Program-made: the position numbers and the translations under genes | Shown: in pieces, positions 20,706 to 30,956 of the stretch | How the letters are laid out: the number at the start of each line of letters is the position of its first letter | Numbering within the stretch: position 1 is the first letter of the stretch | Notes under the pieces: model-generated | The model's database searches: none | What the model was told of the DNA's origin: nothing | What the model saw: the letters and a program-made list of their open reading frames with translations, nothing else | Origin: a bacterium | GTDB lineage: Bacteria > Patescibacteriota > Andersenbacteria > UBA10190 | Direction: 5' to 3' | DNA: 64,000 nucleotides | Assembly: GCA_043811915.1 (NCBI GenBank) | Contig: JBDRMS010000009.1 | Location: 9,960-73,959, forward strand

Positions 20706-21209
20706 ATGAAAAAGAAAGTTCAAGTAATTCTCCTTGAAGATGTTATCTCCCTAGGCTCCGCCGGGGATATTATCTTTGTGTCTGAAGGCTACGCTCGCAA
20801 TCTTTTATTTCCGCAAGGCAAAGCCGCCCTGGCCAGTGAACAGGCAATAACCAGCGCCGAAGAAAAAAAAGAGAAAACAAAAATAGCCGCCACAAGGAAA
20901 TTAGCCGACTTGCAGGCCCGGGCCCAGGCTCTGGAAGGCACCGAACTTATTATCACCGCTAAAGCCAAAGAAGGCGAAGGAGATGAGCTTTATGGCAGTA
21001 TTACCGCCGCTCAAATTGCTAAACAATTTAATGCCTCTTCCGGACTCGATATCAAAACCAAAAATATTGCCTTAGAAAAACCGATTACCGCTCTCGGCCA
21101 TTACGATATAACAATCAAATTATCCGCTGACGTTGAAACAACAATTCGCGTTACCGTTACTCCAGAGGAAGAAGTCTCCGCCCATGCTGGCAAGCAAAAA
21201 GAAGCCTAA
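20706..21209 (+). CDS. rplI: 50S ribosomal protein L9
   Basis: N-terminus MKKKVQVILLEDVISLGSAGDIIFVSEGYARNLLFPQGKA matches bL9. Confidence 0.85.
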   Translation: MKKKVQVILLEDVISLGSAGDIIFVSEGYARNLLFPQGKAALASEQAITSAEEKKEKTKIAATRKLADLQARAQALEGTELIITAKAKEGEGDELYGSITAAQIAKQFNASSGLDIKTKNIALEKPITALGHYDITIKLSADVETTIRVTVTPEEEVSAHAGKQKEA

Positions 21210-22851
21210 ATATATCTTCGTCACCGGCGGGGTTTTGTCCGGTCTGGGTAAAGGCATTACCGCCGCTTCTATCGGCAACATTCTCAAGGAGCGGGGCCTT
21301 TCCGTTAACATGCAAAAATTTGACCAGTATATCAACGTCGACGCCGGTACTCTAAATCCCGCCGAACACGGCGAGGTGTTTGTCACCGACGACGGCGCTG
21401 AATGTGATCTTGATCTGGGACATTACGAGCGCTTTCTCAATAAAAATCTGACCGCCGAATCATCTATTATGACCGGCCGCATCTACTTGTCGCTCATCGC
21501 CCGGGAGCGGAAAGGGGAGTACCTGGGTAAAACTGTTCAGATTATCCCCCACGTCACTGATGAAGTAAAAAAATACGCCCGCGTCGCCGCTCAAAAAAAT
21601 AATTATGACGTCCACATCGTTGAAATTGGCGGCACGGTTGGTGACGATGAGGGTTTCCACTTTATTGAAGCCGCCCGGCAGATGCGATTGGAGGAGGGGA
21701 AAGATAATGTATTATACGTCCACGTTGTTTTCCTGCCCTACCTTAAAGCCAGTGATGAAGTTAAAACCAAACCGGCCCAGAACAGTGTGCGCGATCTGCG
21801 CAGTATTGGTATTCAGCCCGACGTGTTAATCGCCCGCACTGACCACCCGGTCGCCAATGGTATTAAAGATAAGTTGTCTTTGTACACTAACGTCGAGACG
21901 GCAGCCATCCTGCCTCTGCCCACCGTCCCCAGCGTTTACGAAGTGCCGCTCATTATGGAGCAGAATAATCTTCACGAAGTAATTGCCGCCAAATTAAACC
22001 TCAAGCTCAAGCGGCGGGTAAAGCCAGACTGGACTAACCTGGTTGCCAAAATAAAACAGGACAAACCGAAGCTAACCATCGCCCTGGCCGGCAAGTACAC
22101 TACTATGCTGGACACTTACTCCAGCGTTATTGAGGCCCTCAAAGCCGCCTGCTGGCGGGGCGACTGCAATCTGAACCTGCGCTGGGTCGACGCCGAAGAA
22201 ATCGAAACAAGCGATACTGAACCGCTGCTCAAAGACGTCGCTGGCGTTGTTGTCCCCGGCGGGTTTGGCACTCGCGGCATCGAGGGAAAAATTAAAGCTA
22301 TTCAATATGCCCGGGAAAATAAGATTCCATATCTCGGCCTGTGTCTTGGCATGCAACTAGCCGTAGTGGAGTTTGCCCGTAACGTCGCTGGCATAAAAAA
22401 TGCCACCAGCCAGGAGTGCGCCGACGAGCCGGCTAAGCCTGCCCAGCGTAGCCCCGCCGAGGCGGGGCGAAGTTGGGTCATCCACATCATGGCCAACCAG
22501 AAAACTATCACTGACAAAGGCGGCACCATGCGGCTGGGTGGCTGGGACTGTATACTTGATAAAAACTCCTTTGCCTATCAGGCTTACGGCCAAAAAGAGA
22601 TCAGGGAGCGCCACCGACACCGCTACGAATTCAATAACGATTTCCGCCAGCAACTGCAAAACGCCGGCTTGCGCATCGCCGGCACCACTCCGGACAACAA
22701 ACTGGTAGAAATAGTCGAAGTAGTCGACCATCCCTGGTTTGTCGGTGTCCAGTACCACGCCGAGTTCACCAGCCGGCCTATAGGAGGCCACCCCCTGTTC
22801 AACGCCTTCATCAAAGCCGCCAAAAAATTAGAGCAGCGCACCGGTGGATGA
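21184..22851 (+). CDS. pyrG: CTP synthase
   Basis: N-terminal KYIFVTGGVLSGLGKGI and a C-terminal GATase (GLCLGMQ). Start chosen at MLASKKKPKYIF; the track ORF extends upstream into rplI. Confidence 0.9.
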   Translation: MLASKKKPKYIFVTGGVLSGLGKGITAASIGNILKERGLSVNMQKFDQYINVDAGTLNPAEHGEVFVTDDGAECDLDLGHYERFLNKNLTAESSIMTGRIYLSLIARERKGEYLGKTVQIIPHVTDEVKKYARVAAQKNNYDVHIVEIGGTVGDDEGFHFIEAARQMRLEEGKDNVLYVHVVFLPYLKASDEVKTKPAQNSVRDLRSIGIQPDVLIARTDHPVANGIKDKLSLYTNVETAAILPLPTVPSVYEVPLIMEQNNLHEVIAAKLNLKLKRRVKPDWTNLVAKIKQDKPKLTIALAGKYTTMLDTYSSVIEALKAACWRGDCNLNLRWVDAEEIETSDTEPLLKDVAGVVVPGGFGTRGIEGKIKAIQYARENKIPYLGLCLGMQLAVVEFARNVAGIKNATSQECADEPAKPAQRSPAEAGRSWVIHIMANQKTITDKGGTMRLGGWDCILDKNSFAYQAYGQKEIRERHRHRYEFNNDFRQQLQNAGLRIAGTTPDNKLVEIVEVVDHPWFVGVQYHAEFTSRPIGGHPLFNAFIKAAKKLEQRTGG

Positions 22852-22910
22852 ACAAGCACCAGTCATAAAAACAAGTAGGTCAGTATCACCAACCCACCTG
22901 ATAACACCCC

Positions 22911-23183
22911 CTATTTCACGCTAACAACAGTTTTTTGCTTCAAGCTTCCTGCAAAGTTTCTGATTTTTTGTCGGCTGAACTTCACTATTCCCTCTATCGC
23001 GGCGTATAGTGTATCATCACAACCAATTCTAACACCCGGCCCTGCCTGATAACGAGAGCCTCGCTGCCGAATGATAATCTGGCCTGCTCGCGCCTGCTGG
23101 CCACCATAAACCTTCACGCCCAGCCGCTTACTTTCTGAATCTCTTCCTAATTGTGTTGACCCTCCGGCTTTCTTGTGTGCCAT
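22911..23183 (-). CDS. rpmA: 50S ribosomal protein L27
   Basis: [24 protein letters not shown] is the canonical bL27 N-terminus. Confidence 0.9.
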   Translation of the reverse strand: MAHKKAGGSTQLGRDSESKRLGVKVYGGQQARAGQIIIRQRGSRYQAGPGVRIGCDDTLYAAIEGIVKFSRQKIRNFAGSLKQKTVVSVK

Positions 23184-24385
23184 AATGTTAACTCCCTTCC
23201 TAGTAAGGCATCAGGCCGGGCGTAGATAATCGTGCCTCGTTCCGATACCCTATAATTCTGTTTAAGTTCGTCAGGTAAGAGTTGACTCAAACTATAGCCG
23301 AGTTTACGAACCTCGTCAAGAAAACCGTCAGGCAGACAGTCGTAAGCTACCTTGTCCACCGACTTGTTTGCAAAAGCAGGTAGGGCAAATACAATCCACG
23401 CCTCATCCTTCAAAACCGACCTAATATTTTTGAAAAAATCTAAATATAATCCCTCCGACTCCCGCATTCTTTTCTCCAGCGCCGTCCGGGGCAGGGGACT
23501 GGTCAGCGGCTCTCCTAGGTCTGGCTCCGTCACTACTGCATCAATTTTCCCTGCTAATTCTCCTGGAAAAGCTTCACGAACATTGTGCAGACTGATCACA
23601 GGACCCGCCGCCGACTCAAGTGACGCCAGGTTTTTACGAGAAGCTTCCACCATCCGCTCACTAATATCCGACCCTATCACTCGATACCCCATTAAATATC
23701 CCTCCTGCAAAATAGTGCCCAGGCCGCAGAACGGATCTAAAATAGTCGGTGGCCGGCCAGGGAAAGAGGGGACTAAATTCAACATAATTTGCGCCAGTTT
23801 CGGCGGCAGCATACCTACCCGGGCATCCCTGACCGGCCGGCTTGTATCCCGCTTCTCATACGCCTGAATGTCCTGGATCTGCACTGTCTCGGCCAAAAGA
23901 TATTCATCTCCGCATTTAATAATGGTCAGCTCCTTGTTGGGCGGAGAAGTGAGCTTGTTAAAAATAATCTGCGCCGCATTCAACCGCCCGCCCCTTTTTT
24001 GCGGCAAAATAAACTTCACTTTTACAGCTTCTTGCTTAAAAAGTTTCTTCACTTCAAAACCAATTCGCCTGACATCATACCCGTCCCCAATATTCAACGT
24101 GCTAATACCCAGGTTAAATTTGCTCGGGGCAGGGGACAGGACTTGTGCCAACTCTTCTGCTGTCCAAGCACTCTCTTGCTTCGCTCGCAATTTTGCTATT
24201 CTGTCCACCCCCCCCAAACACGACAAAAAATCATCCGGCAAAGATTCCGGCAAATCAAGCCACAGAAATTTCTCCCGACCCGCTTTAATCCGGGGGAGTA
24301 GACCCTCTCTCTTCAGGGTGGTCACCAGCTCAATAGCCGACAGGGCTGGATTATTGCCCAGAAAAAAAATATATGAATTCATCAT
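23147..24385 (-). CDS. SAM-dependent RNA methyltransferase, UPF0020/THUMP-type (N2-guanine/N6-adenine class)
   Basis: Motif [11 protein letters not shown], with motif IV about 70 residues later. Start taken at [10 protein letters not shown]. Confidence 0.6.
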   Translation of the reverse strand: MMNSYIFFLGNNPALSAIELVTTLKREGLLPRIKAGREKFLWLDLPESLPDDFLSCLGGVDRIAKLRAKQESAWTAEELAQVLSPAPSKFNLGISTLNIGDGYDVRRIGFEVKKLFKQEAVKVKFILPQKRGGRLNAAQIIFNKLTSPPNKELTIIKCGDEYLLAETVQIQDIQAYEKRDTSRPVRDARVGMLPPKLAQIMLNLVPSFPGRPPTILDPFCGLGTILQEGYLMGYRVIGSDISERMVEASRKNLASLESAAGPVISLHNVREAFPGELAGKIDAVVTEPDLGEPLTSPLPRTALEKRMRESEGLYLDFFKNIRSVLKDEAWIVFALPAFANKSVDKVAYDCLPDGFLDEVRKLGYSLSQLLPDELKQNYRVSERGTIIYARPDALLGRELTLWHTRKPEGQHN

Positions 24386-24400
24386 GCTATTATTATAACC

Positions 24401-24919
24401 ATGTTCGACCTTACCACTTTGTGGGCCTGGCTGCAAAAAAACAAGCGCCACGCCGGCAAACTAATTCTCGCTCTCCTTATTTTCGCCGTCGGCTGGCAGT
24501 TGGGCAAAGTTATGTCGCCATACTACGCCTCGCATCCTATTATTTTTCAAGACAGGCCGTGCGTCGAAGGTGCCAGCTCATCCGGTGGCAGTCAGGTAGA
24601 ACTGCAAGCCCTACAGGAACAGGGCAGGGGAGAGCCGCCGTCAACATCAGCCGAGTCGGCTGGAGAAACACCTGCCGCAGCGGCCGGGAAAACACCCGAG
24701 CCGGCCGGGAAAACCCTTGGTGTTAACGAAGAAACACCAAGGGTTGAGGAGGCCGGCGCATTCGTCGGCTCCGTCAACTCCAATCTTTATCATCATAAAG
24801 ATTGCTCATCGGCGAGCCGCATCAAAGAAGAAAACAAAATATGGTTTGCCACCACCGAAGAAGCCGAAGCCGCCGGCTACTCACCCAGCAAATGCACCCG
24901 CGACAAACTGGGGATTTAA
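24401..24919 (+). CDS. membrane-anchored protein with disordered linker and a small C-terminal putative metal-binding domain
   Basis: N-terminal TM, Ser/Pro/Ala-rich linker, C-terminus LYHHKDCSSASRIKEENKIWFATTEEAEAAGYSPSKC. Confidence 0.45.
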   Translation: MFDLTTLWAWLQKNKRHAGKLILALLIFAVGWQLGKVMSPYYASHPIIFQDRPCVEGASSSGGSQVELQALQEQGRGEPPSTSAESAGETPAAAAGKTPEPAGKTLGVNEETPRVEEAGAFVGSVNSNLYHHKDCSSASRIKEENKIWFATTEEAEAAGYSPSKCTRDKLGI

Positions 24920-24928
24920 TATAAAATA

Positions 24929-24947
24929 GGGGATTGCTATCCCCTTT
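24929..24947 (+). terminator. rho-independent terminator GGGGAT-TGCT-ATCCCC-TTT
   Basis: Hairpin plus T-run 10 nt after the stop of 24401..24919. Confidence 0.6.
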
Positions 24948-25334
24948 ACGCCAATTAGTTAGCTGGATAGCAACAGCAGTGCGGCTTTATCAAAAGTACG
25001 CCTTACCCGAACGGGGAAGAGAACACCAGAAAAAATATATTCCCATAAAATATGGCATACCGCCAGTCGGCGACACACATAAAAAGACAACTTGACATAT
25101 ATCACAAAATATGTGTTCTGCCTGTGGATAAAACAAAAAGGGGGAACGTAAGTATGCCAACGTCGCAAAAGGTACATTGTGCGGCGCTATGTCATGCCTC
25201 TCCTCAAGCACCATGACCCTTATGTCGCATTCCTGTCTATCACCATGCCTACACTGCACTGTGCTGTACATATCGGCACGGCTCCCTTTGCGTCACTCCC
25301 CGCTCAATAGTCCCCTAATATTTAGATCCGTTGA

Positions 25335-25529
25335 TTATGCAATCAAATAAGAAACAATCGTAAATCCAACAACGACCGCCGCAATAATAATCAAAAACCA
25401 TTTTAAAGTCTTAAAAATAAACCGGGTTATTACCGCAGTTAAGATCAATAAAAAACCACTGATCACATACCACTTATATGGCCCTTCCAGCTTAAGAAAA
25501 AAATCAACTATATCCCCTACTCCAGGCAT
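25335..25529 (-). CDS. small membrane protein (64 aa, 2 TM)
   Basis: Hydrophobic ORF. A second 45-aa hydrophobic ORF lies immediately upstream at about 25543..25680 (-). Confidence 0.35.
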   Translation of the reverse strand: MPGVGDIVDFFLKLEGPYKWYVISGFLLILTAVITRFIFKTLKWFLIIIAAVVVGFTIVSYLIA

Positions 25530-25692
25530 AATTAATAACTATTTAGTCTTCCTCGCGTTTTAATAATTCACTCACCACCAGACGAATAATATAAAAAACG
25601 GCGTAGAACGGGCCCCATATAAAGACCGTCCATTCCACCACTTTCTCAAACATGCTATCAGGATCAAGGGCAACCATAAAAAATACTAAAGA

Positions 25693-26895
25693 CTAAAGAA
25701 ATTTACGTGGATTCACCGGCACGTTATTCTCGCGTACTTCGAAGTGTAAGTGAGGCCCGGAAGAAAGCCCCGCTCCCGGACTACCGGGCGCCCCCCCAGT
25801 ATAACCGATAACAGTGCCGCGCGTGACCATTTGCCCTTCATTAACGGTGAAGCTGGACAGGTGGCCAAACACGGTAGACAAATTATCACCATGCAACAAT
25901 AACAAATAATTATAACCAGATCCCCCTGCACTGTTAACCCGCGCCACATAACCATCTGCCGGCGCTAGCACCGGCGTACCCACATTTTTGGGGATATCAA
26001 TGCCCGAATGCGGACCAATTAAGTAAGCATAAGGGTAATCAGAACAATGGAATTCACAAGAAATTCCCAAATTGGGCTGCACCGGCCAGTCGAATATTCC
26101 CACCGACGGCAGCTTGCTAATACCCCGTTTGCGCAATTCTTCCCTGATCTTCTCATCCAGGCGTTTAATTTCAGAATTCGCAGCATTATGTGCCTCCTTG
26201 GCCTCCTGTAACAGGCGCTGGTATTCACTCTCCTGTGACTTGGTTAGGTCCAGTATCCGTGCTTTCGATTCCTTATTAGTTATCAAAGCGGCCTGTTGTT
26301 GTTCCTGACGTTCCTGTAGAGTTTCCAGTGTTTTTCTGAAATCTTCCAGCTTTTGTTTCTTTTGCTCCAGCTCCTCCCTCAGCTGTTTAATGGCAGTAAG
26401 CGTTTTCTGTCCGCGTTGCTGCAATTCTTCTAGCGTCGATGCCTCATTCATCGCCTCTGAAAAAGTTGAATACTTAAGAAAAACTGTTACGCTGGATTGC
26501 TGATTCAAGTTATACAGGGAGCGCAGATATTCAGCTAAAAGGCCTTTCTGCCGGCTTATCTCCTCCTCCTTAATTTGTATTTCTCTTTCCACCGTATCAA
26601 TTTCCGCCCCCGTCGCCTCTATTTCCGCCACGGTTTGATCAATATTCAAGGACATTTGAGTAATACTGTCTTCAATAATGCCGATTTGATCCTCCAGTGT
26701 CCTGGCTTCTTTCTTCTTAATCTGGATATCCTCTTTAAATTTTTCAATACGCTTTTCCACATCCAGAAGACTCTCCTTCTTCGTCTTCAGGCTTTCTCTA
26801 AGTTCCTCTACCGTTTCCGCCAAAGCCGTACTACCGCCGGCACCAACACAAAGGAGGACGACCAAAGCCAGAACAAAAAATAGTTGCCAGCGCAT
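25693..26895 (-). CDS. M23 family metallopeptidase with long N-terminal coiled coil (EnvC/NlpD-like murein hydrolase activator)
   Basis: Signal peptide, about 250 aa of coiled coil, C-terminal M23 motifs (HSGIDI...GPHLHFEV). Confidence 0.8.
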   Translation of the reverse strand: MRWQLFFVLALVVLLCVGAGGSTALAETVEELRESLKTKKESLLDVEKRIEKFKEDIQIKKKEARTLEDQIGIIEDSITQMSLNIDQTVAEIEATGAEIDTVEREIQIKEEEISRQKGLLAEYLRSLYNLNQQSSVTVFLKYSTFSEAMNEASTLEELQQRGQKTLTAIKQLREELEQKKQKLEDFRKTLETLQERQEQQQAALITNKESKARILDLTKSQESEYQRLLQEAKEAHNAANSEIKRLDEKIREELRKRGISKLPSVGIFDWPVQPNLGISCEFHCSDYPYAYLIGPHSGIDIPKNVGTPVLAPADGYVARVNSAGGSGYNYLLLLHGDNLSTVFGHLSSFTVNEGQMVTRGTVIGYTGGAPGSPGAGLSSGPHLHFEVRENNVPVNPRKFL

Positions 26896-26992
26896 AAGCT
26901 AAATAAAACCAAGAGACAACATACCAAACACCACAATCAGGCCGATTATTGCGTACACAATGCGCTGCCATCTCTTCATCTTCCTCATGTCA

Positions 26993-28309
26993 CTATGATA
27001 ATTTATCCAGCGCTTTAACTAAACGTCTCCTTGTCTCTTCTTTACCCAACACTGCCGCTACCTCAAAAGGCCCAGGCGAGTTTGCCTGCCCCGTTAGCGC
27101 CACCCGCATCGGCCACAACACATCTCCCCTACCCAGTTTTTCCTCATCAATCCACTGCAGCAGCTCCCGTTCTAATTTTTCCTTGTTGAAATCGGTCTCC
27201 GGCGTGACGTCCAGTTTTTGCTCCAGTTTTTGCAGCAGCGCCTCTGCTGCCTCTTTTGTGCTGCCTCGCCACACCAGTAGCTCAAGTTCATATTCTCCTT
27301 TCCACTGTGGCAGAAAGAATTGTATTGCCGCCTTAAACTCTCCCAGTGTGCTAACCCGCTCCTGCTCCGTGGCGAGTGCCGCCGCCAGATAAGCATCATC
27401 CAAACCTTTAATCTCTGTCTCGTCCAGGTACGGCCTGACTTGCGTCAGCAGTTCCTGGCCGGACAATTTTCTCAAATAGTGCTTGTTAATCGCTGCCAGC
27501 TTTGACAAACAAAACACAGCCCCTCCTTTTTGCACTTTTTTCAATTCAAAAACATCAATCAATTCTTCATGGGTAAAAAATTCCCTGTCGTCTCCCGGAT
27601 TCCAACCCAGCAGTGCCAGGTAGTTAAGCAGTGCCTCGGGTAAGTAGCCATCCTTGTGGTATTTCAACAAGCTCACTGCTCCATCTCTTTTTGACAACTT
27701 TCTTCGCTGTTCGTTAAGCAGCAAAGGCAAATGGGCCCATTGAGGCTCCTGGTATCCCAGCGCTCGTTGTAGCAATATATGCCGGGGTGTATTGCTTATG
27801 TGATCTTCACCGCGTATCACATGAGAAATACCCATGGCTGCGTCGTCCACTACCACAGCTAAATGATACAAGGGATCTTGTGGTGTTCTGGCAATGATAA
27901 AATCGCCGCCCCACATATCCGTGGGTACTTTTATTTCCCCCCGAATAAGGTCATTAAAAGATACTTCCTCTTCCTCAACCTTGAATTTAACTGCCTGACT
28001 CCCCTTTTCCTGATAAGCCGCCCCGTTGTCCAGCAGCCGTTTAATAGCCGCCTCGTACAGATCGCCTCGCTCCGACTGGCGTGCTATTTCCCCGTCCCAC
28101 TCAATACCCAGCCAGGTTAATCCATCAATAATGTCCTGCACATATTTTTCTTCACTGCGCTCTTTATCTGTATCTTCAATCCGCACGACAAACGACCCGC
28201 CTGTCTTACGGGCAAACAATTCATTAAACAAAGCCACTCTGGCCGTTCCCACATGCAACGGCCCGGTCGGACTCGGTGCGATGCGTGTTGTCACTTCATG
28301 CTTAGCCAT
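26993..28309 (-). CDS. gltX: glutamate--tRNA ligase
   Basis: N-terminal RIAPSPTGPLHVGTAR (HIGH-type) and a KLSKR motif. Confidence 0.9.
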   Translation of the reverse strand: MAKHEVTTRIAPSPTGPLHVGTARVALFNELFARKTGGSFVVRIEDTDKERSEEKYVQDIIDGLTWLGIEWDGEIARQSERGDLYEAAIKRLLDNGAAYQEKGSQAVKFKVEEEEVSFNDLIRGEIKVPTDMWGGDFIIARTPQDPLYHLAVVVDDAAMGISHVIRGEDHISNTPRHILLQRALGYQEPQWAHLPLLLNEQRRKLSKRDGAVSLLKYHKDGYLPEALLNYLALLGWNPGDDREFFTHEELIDVFELKKVQKGGAVFCLSKLAAINKHYLRKLSGQELLTQVRPYLDETEIKGLDDAYLAAALATEQERVSTLGEFKAAIQFFLPQWKGEYELELLVWRGSTKEAAEALLQKLEQKLDVTPETDFNKEKLERELLQWIDEEKLGRGDVLWPMRVALTGQANSPGPFEVAAVLGKEETRRRLVKALDKLS

Positions 28310-28913
28310 ACAGCGCTTGCCTTAATTCATTTTTCTTTTTTTTATCCAATTGCGCCTCCAGTAAAATTATACGAATTATCAAGTCACGCATTTCCGGGTT
28401 GCTGCCTAGGGTTAAAAATTCATCAAAAGTAAACAATACTGGTGTTATTTTCTCCCCCGGCTCCAGGTCAGGTTCGGCCACCTGCTTGAGATCCCGACCA
28501 ATAAACGAGTGAACTAACCAGTCGACCTTACCACTGGGGCGATAAGTATGCCAGGCTATTAACTTAACTGCGCAGTAGCCGGTCTCTTCCTTTAGCTCCC
28601 GTCTCGCTGTCTCTTCTGGAGTTTCCCCCGGGTCAATAGACCCTCCCGGCGGCGTAATAACACACTGTCTGTCTGGCTGCTCATCCCTGGTAAGTAAAAT
28701 GCGACCATCCGGCAAAGATCCAACCACATGCGCCACACTGCTCCGTTTCATGCGCTCGTAAGTTTTAGTGCTGCCGTCATACAACTCCTGCTGCCACTGC
28801 CAGGCACTAAAAATCTCCCCCTGCCACACTTTTTTTGCCTTCTCTGGTATTGGATTATAGTAGTCAGGAATTATTGTCATTGCCTTTAGTATAGCAAAAA
28901 TCCCGGCATACAC
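28302..28913 (-). CDS. NUDIX hydrolase (ADP-ribose pyrophosphatase-like)
   Basis: Nudix box GGSIDPGETPEETARRELKEETGY. Overlaps the gltX start by 8 nt. Confidence 0.75.
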   Translation of the reverse strand: MYAGIFAILKAMTIIPDYYNPIPEKAKKVWQGEIFSAWQWQQELYDGSTKTYERMKRSSVAHVVGSLPDGRILLTRDEQPDRQCVITPPGGSIDPGETPEETARRELKEETGYCAVKLIAWHTYRPSGKVDWLVHSFIGRDLKQVAEPDLEPGEKITPVLFTFDEFLTLGSNPEMRDLIIRIILLEAQLDKKKKNELRQALYG

Positions 28914-28947
28914 CGGGATTTTTACTTCCCCCCATAGGGCGCAAACG

Positions 28948-29532
28948 CTATTTCAGGGCTCCAGTGTACTGAGTCAAATTCTGCAGTTGCTGCTCGCTCA
29001 AGTTTTCTGCTGCCGTCACCGCCTCCGCAATTACATCAAAACTAACTGTGTGGGTATCACCCGGTTTCAATCCTTGTGTGCCTAGCTGATTCTGTATGTA
29101 GTCCTCAATATAGATGCGATGTTCATCTGTTACCGCGTAACTAGTCTGATTCTCTGACAACCAGCGGGTTGTTGCTCGTCTGGCCAAGTGGGTAAAACCA
29201 TCGCCTGCCTGCGCTACTTCTACATATCCTTCCTTTGTTCGCTTCGCCTCCGGTATGACTTCTCCAACCTCTTCTGAGCCAGTTACTCCCGCCGCTATTT
29301 TCGGTTCTTTCTGTATTACTTCTTCTCCTTCTTCTTCCGTTACTGCCACATCACTTTTGTCCGGCATCTCAGATTTAGTGGTTTCTTCGCCCGAGAAAGC
29401 GTAGATAGCAGCCGCTACAATCAGTATGATAATTAATGCTGAAACTGTCCGCGGCGATTCTTTTAAACGTTGCCACATCCCACTCTCACCCAATCCATTA
29501 TCTTCATTCATTTCTACCGTCACCTCCTTCAA
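28948..29532 (-). CDS. hypothetical membrane-anchored acidic protein
   Basis: 194 aa with one TM near the N-terminus and a Glu-rich linker. Confidence 0.4.
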   Translation of the reverse strand: MKEVTVEMNEDNGLGESGMWQRLKESPRTVSALIIILIVAAAIYAFSGEETTKSEMPDKSDVAVTEEEGEEVIQKEPKIAAGVTGSEEVGEVIPEAKRTKEGYVEVAQAGDGFTHLARRATTRWLSENQTSYAVTDEHRIYIEDYIQNQLGTQGLKPGDTHTVSFDVIAEAVTAAENLSEQQLQNLTQYTGALK

Positions 29533-29643
29533 AAAAATCTCTCAACATAAGTGAATATCATAACACCCTACGCCTCGTAGGCTTTATCGTCAATCACCAC
29601 TCACTGTGTAAAAGCCAGTTGTTTAGCTTAGTATAGCCATATA

Positions 29644-30387
29644 TCATAATAATAACTTTTTTTGTTTACGCATCAGCAAAGGAAATCGCACCGTGGCCTG
29701 CCAAATACGCGGCCACCTTCCTGGTTCTAAATACAGACGCCACAACCATTCAATGTTTAGAGTACGCAACCATCGTGGCGCCCGGGGCAGGTCTTCACTG
29801 ATCATAGCAAACGCACCGCCCACTCCCATGGCAATTCTGACACTGGGTAAGTTTTTGCGCTGTTCCTCTATCCACACGGTCTGTTTAGGCGCACCGTAAG
29901 CAACTAATAAAACCGCCGGTTGAAATTCCTTCACACTTTGTGATCCAGCCGTCACCGCCAATTCCGGGAAACGCCGCTTCAGTTTATTTGCTGTTTCTTG
30001 CCGCTGCTGACTAGTCCCGCCCAACAAATAAATTGACTTCCCCATTCTTTGACACAGTCGGCTCAATATCATAACAGCATCAACGCCGGTCACTCTCTCC
30101 ACTTTCTGCCACAAAAAAGTCAACAAACTCGGTAGCAACGGCCAGTATCCTGAACGCAAATACCACCTGGCCCAAACCAGGCCCGCTCCATCGGGCACTC
30201 GTATTTCGGCCGCTCGCACTGCACTTCGAAAGATATTGTCGCGCTCGGCCAGCATAATCATTTCCGGGTTTAATGTCACTACGTGATTAAACTTGTTAGA
30301 TTTAAGCCACCTTTTGCACAGCTCAAAAAAATCCTCCAGGCCCATAAAATTACAGTTTACCTGTCCTAAACGTACGGTTTCTCTCAC
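29644..30387 (-). CDS. WecB/TagA/CpsF family glycosyltransferase (GT26)
   Basis: 247 aa. Family motifs RVPDGAGLVWA and LLGGTSQ. Confidence 0.8.
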   Translation of the reverse strand: MRETVRLGQVNCNFMGLEDFFELCKRWLKSNKFNHVVTLNPEMIMLAERDNIFRSAVRAAEIRVPDGAGLVWARWYLRSGYWPLLPSLLTFLWQKVERVTGVDAVMILSRLCQRMGKSIYLLGGTSQQRQETANKLKRRFPELAVTAGSQSVKEFQPAVLLVAYGAPKQTVWIEEQRKNLPSVRIAMGVGGAFAMISEDLPRAPRWLRTLNIEWLWRLYLEPGRWPRIWQATVRFPLLMRKQKKLLL

Positions 30388-30926
30388 GGTACCAGGCTAA
30401 TAATCCCCTCGCTGGTATATTTTGCTCCTTCTTTTTTTAGCTCACTACTGTAAATAACGATTTGTTTGGCCGTAAAAGTAACTCCAACTGGATAGTCCGC
30501 CAAACCTATTCCGCGGGAGGCTGGATGTAAATTAGCCAGGCGCACATGCGGCACAAATAGCTCCTTTTCCATTTTACTTGTTTGCATTTTAGGAATGCGC
30601 AATTTGATCACCCGGCGTCTCACTTGCCTACGCACATTCTTCAACACGTTTGTCTCGTGTGCATAAGCCCACAACTGTTCTCGGCGTAGCCCCCGCCCTA
30701 CATGTGTTAGGGTTATAGCGGGTAAAAAATGTTGGGGCATTTTTCCCGACAAGCGCCGCAAATACCAGGCATAATTTTTGACTTCTCCCAGCCAAAGCAG
30801 CGTTAAATGCCGATTCTCCTTTGGCACCATCTTCTCGACATATTGCGGGTAGTGCTGCATAGCCTGTTCCAGAGCATTAGTTATCTGTTCCGGTATTGGT
30901 ATAGCAAGAAAAAGCCTAGCCGTCAT
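30384..30926 (-). CDS. RNA 2',3'-cyclic phosphodiesterase / 2'-5' RNA ligase family (ThpR/LigT, 2H phosphoesterase)
   Basis: RLFLAIPIPEQI...NRHLTLLWLGEV and a second FVPHVRLANL motif, in the same spacing as E. coli ThpR. 4-nt overlap with the downstream GT26 gene. Confidence 0.65.
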   Translation of the reverse strand: MTARLFLAIPIPEQITNALEQAMQHYPQYVEKMVPKENRHLTLLWLGEVKNYAWYLRRLSGKMPQHFLPAITLTHVGRGLRREQLWAYAHETNVLKNVRRQVRRRVIKLRIPKMQTSKMEKELFVPHVRLANLHPASRGIGLADYPVGVTFTAKQIVIYSSELKKEGAKYTSEGIISLVP

Positions 30927-30956
30927 ACAATTAACTGTACAATAAAAAACAGATAC

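Noticed and set aside
23352-24398. 171-176-aa plus-strand ORFs
   Set aside because: Antisense to the methyltransferase gene, which has clear SAM-binding motifs.
24959-25271. 72- and 93-aa minus-strand ORFs in the AT-rich region
   Set aside because: No start context, overlapping each other, composition typical of random ORFs in AT-rich DNA.
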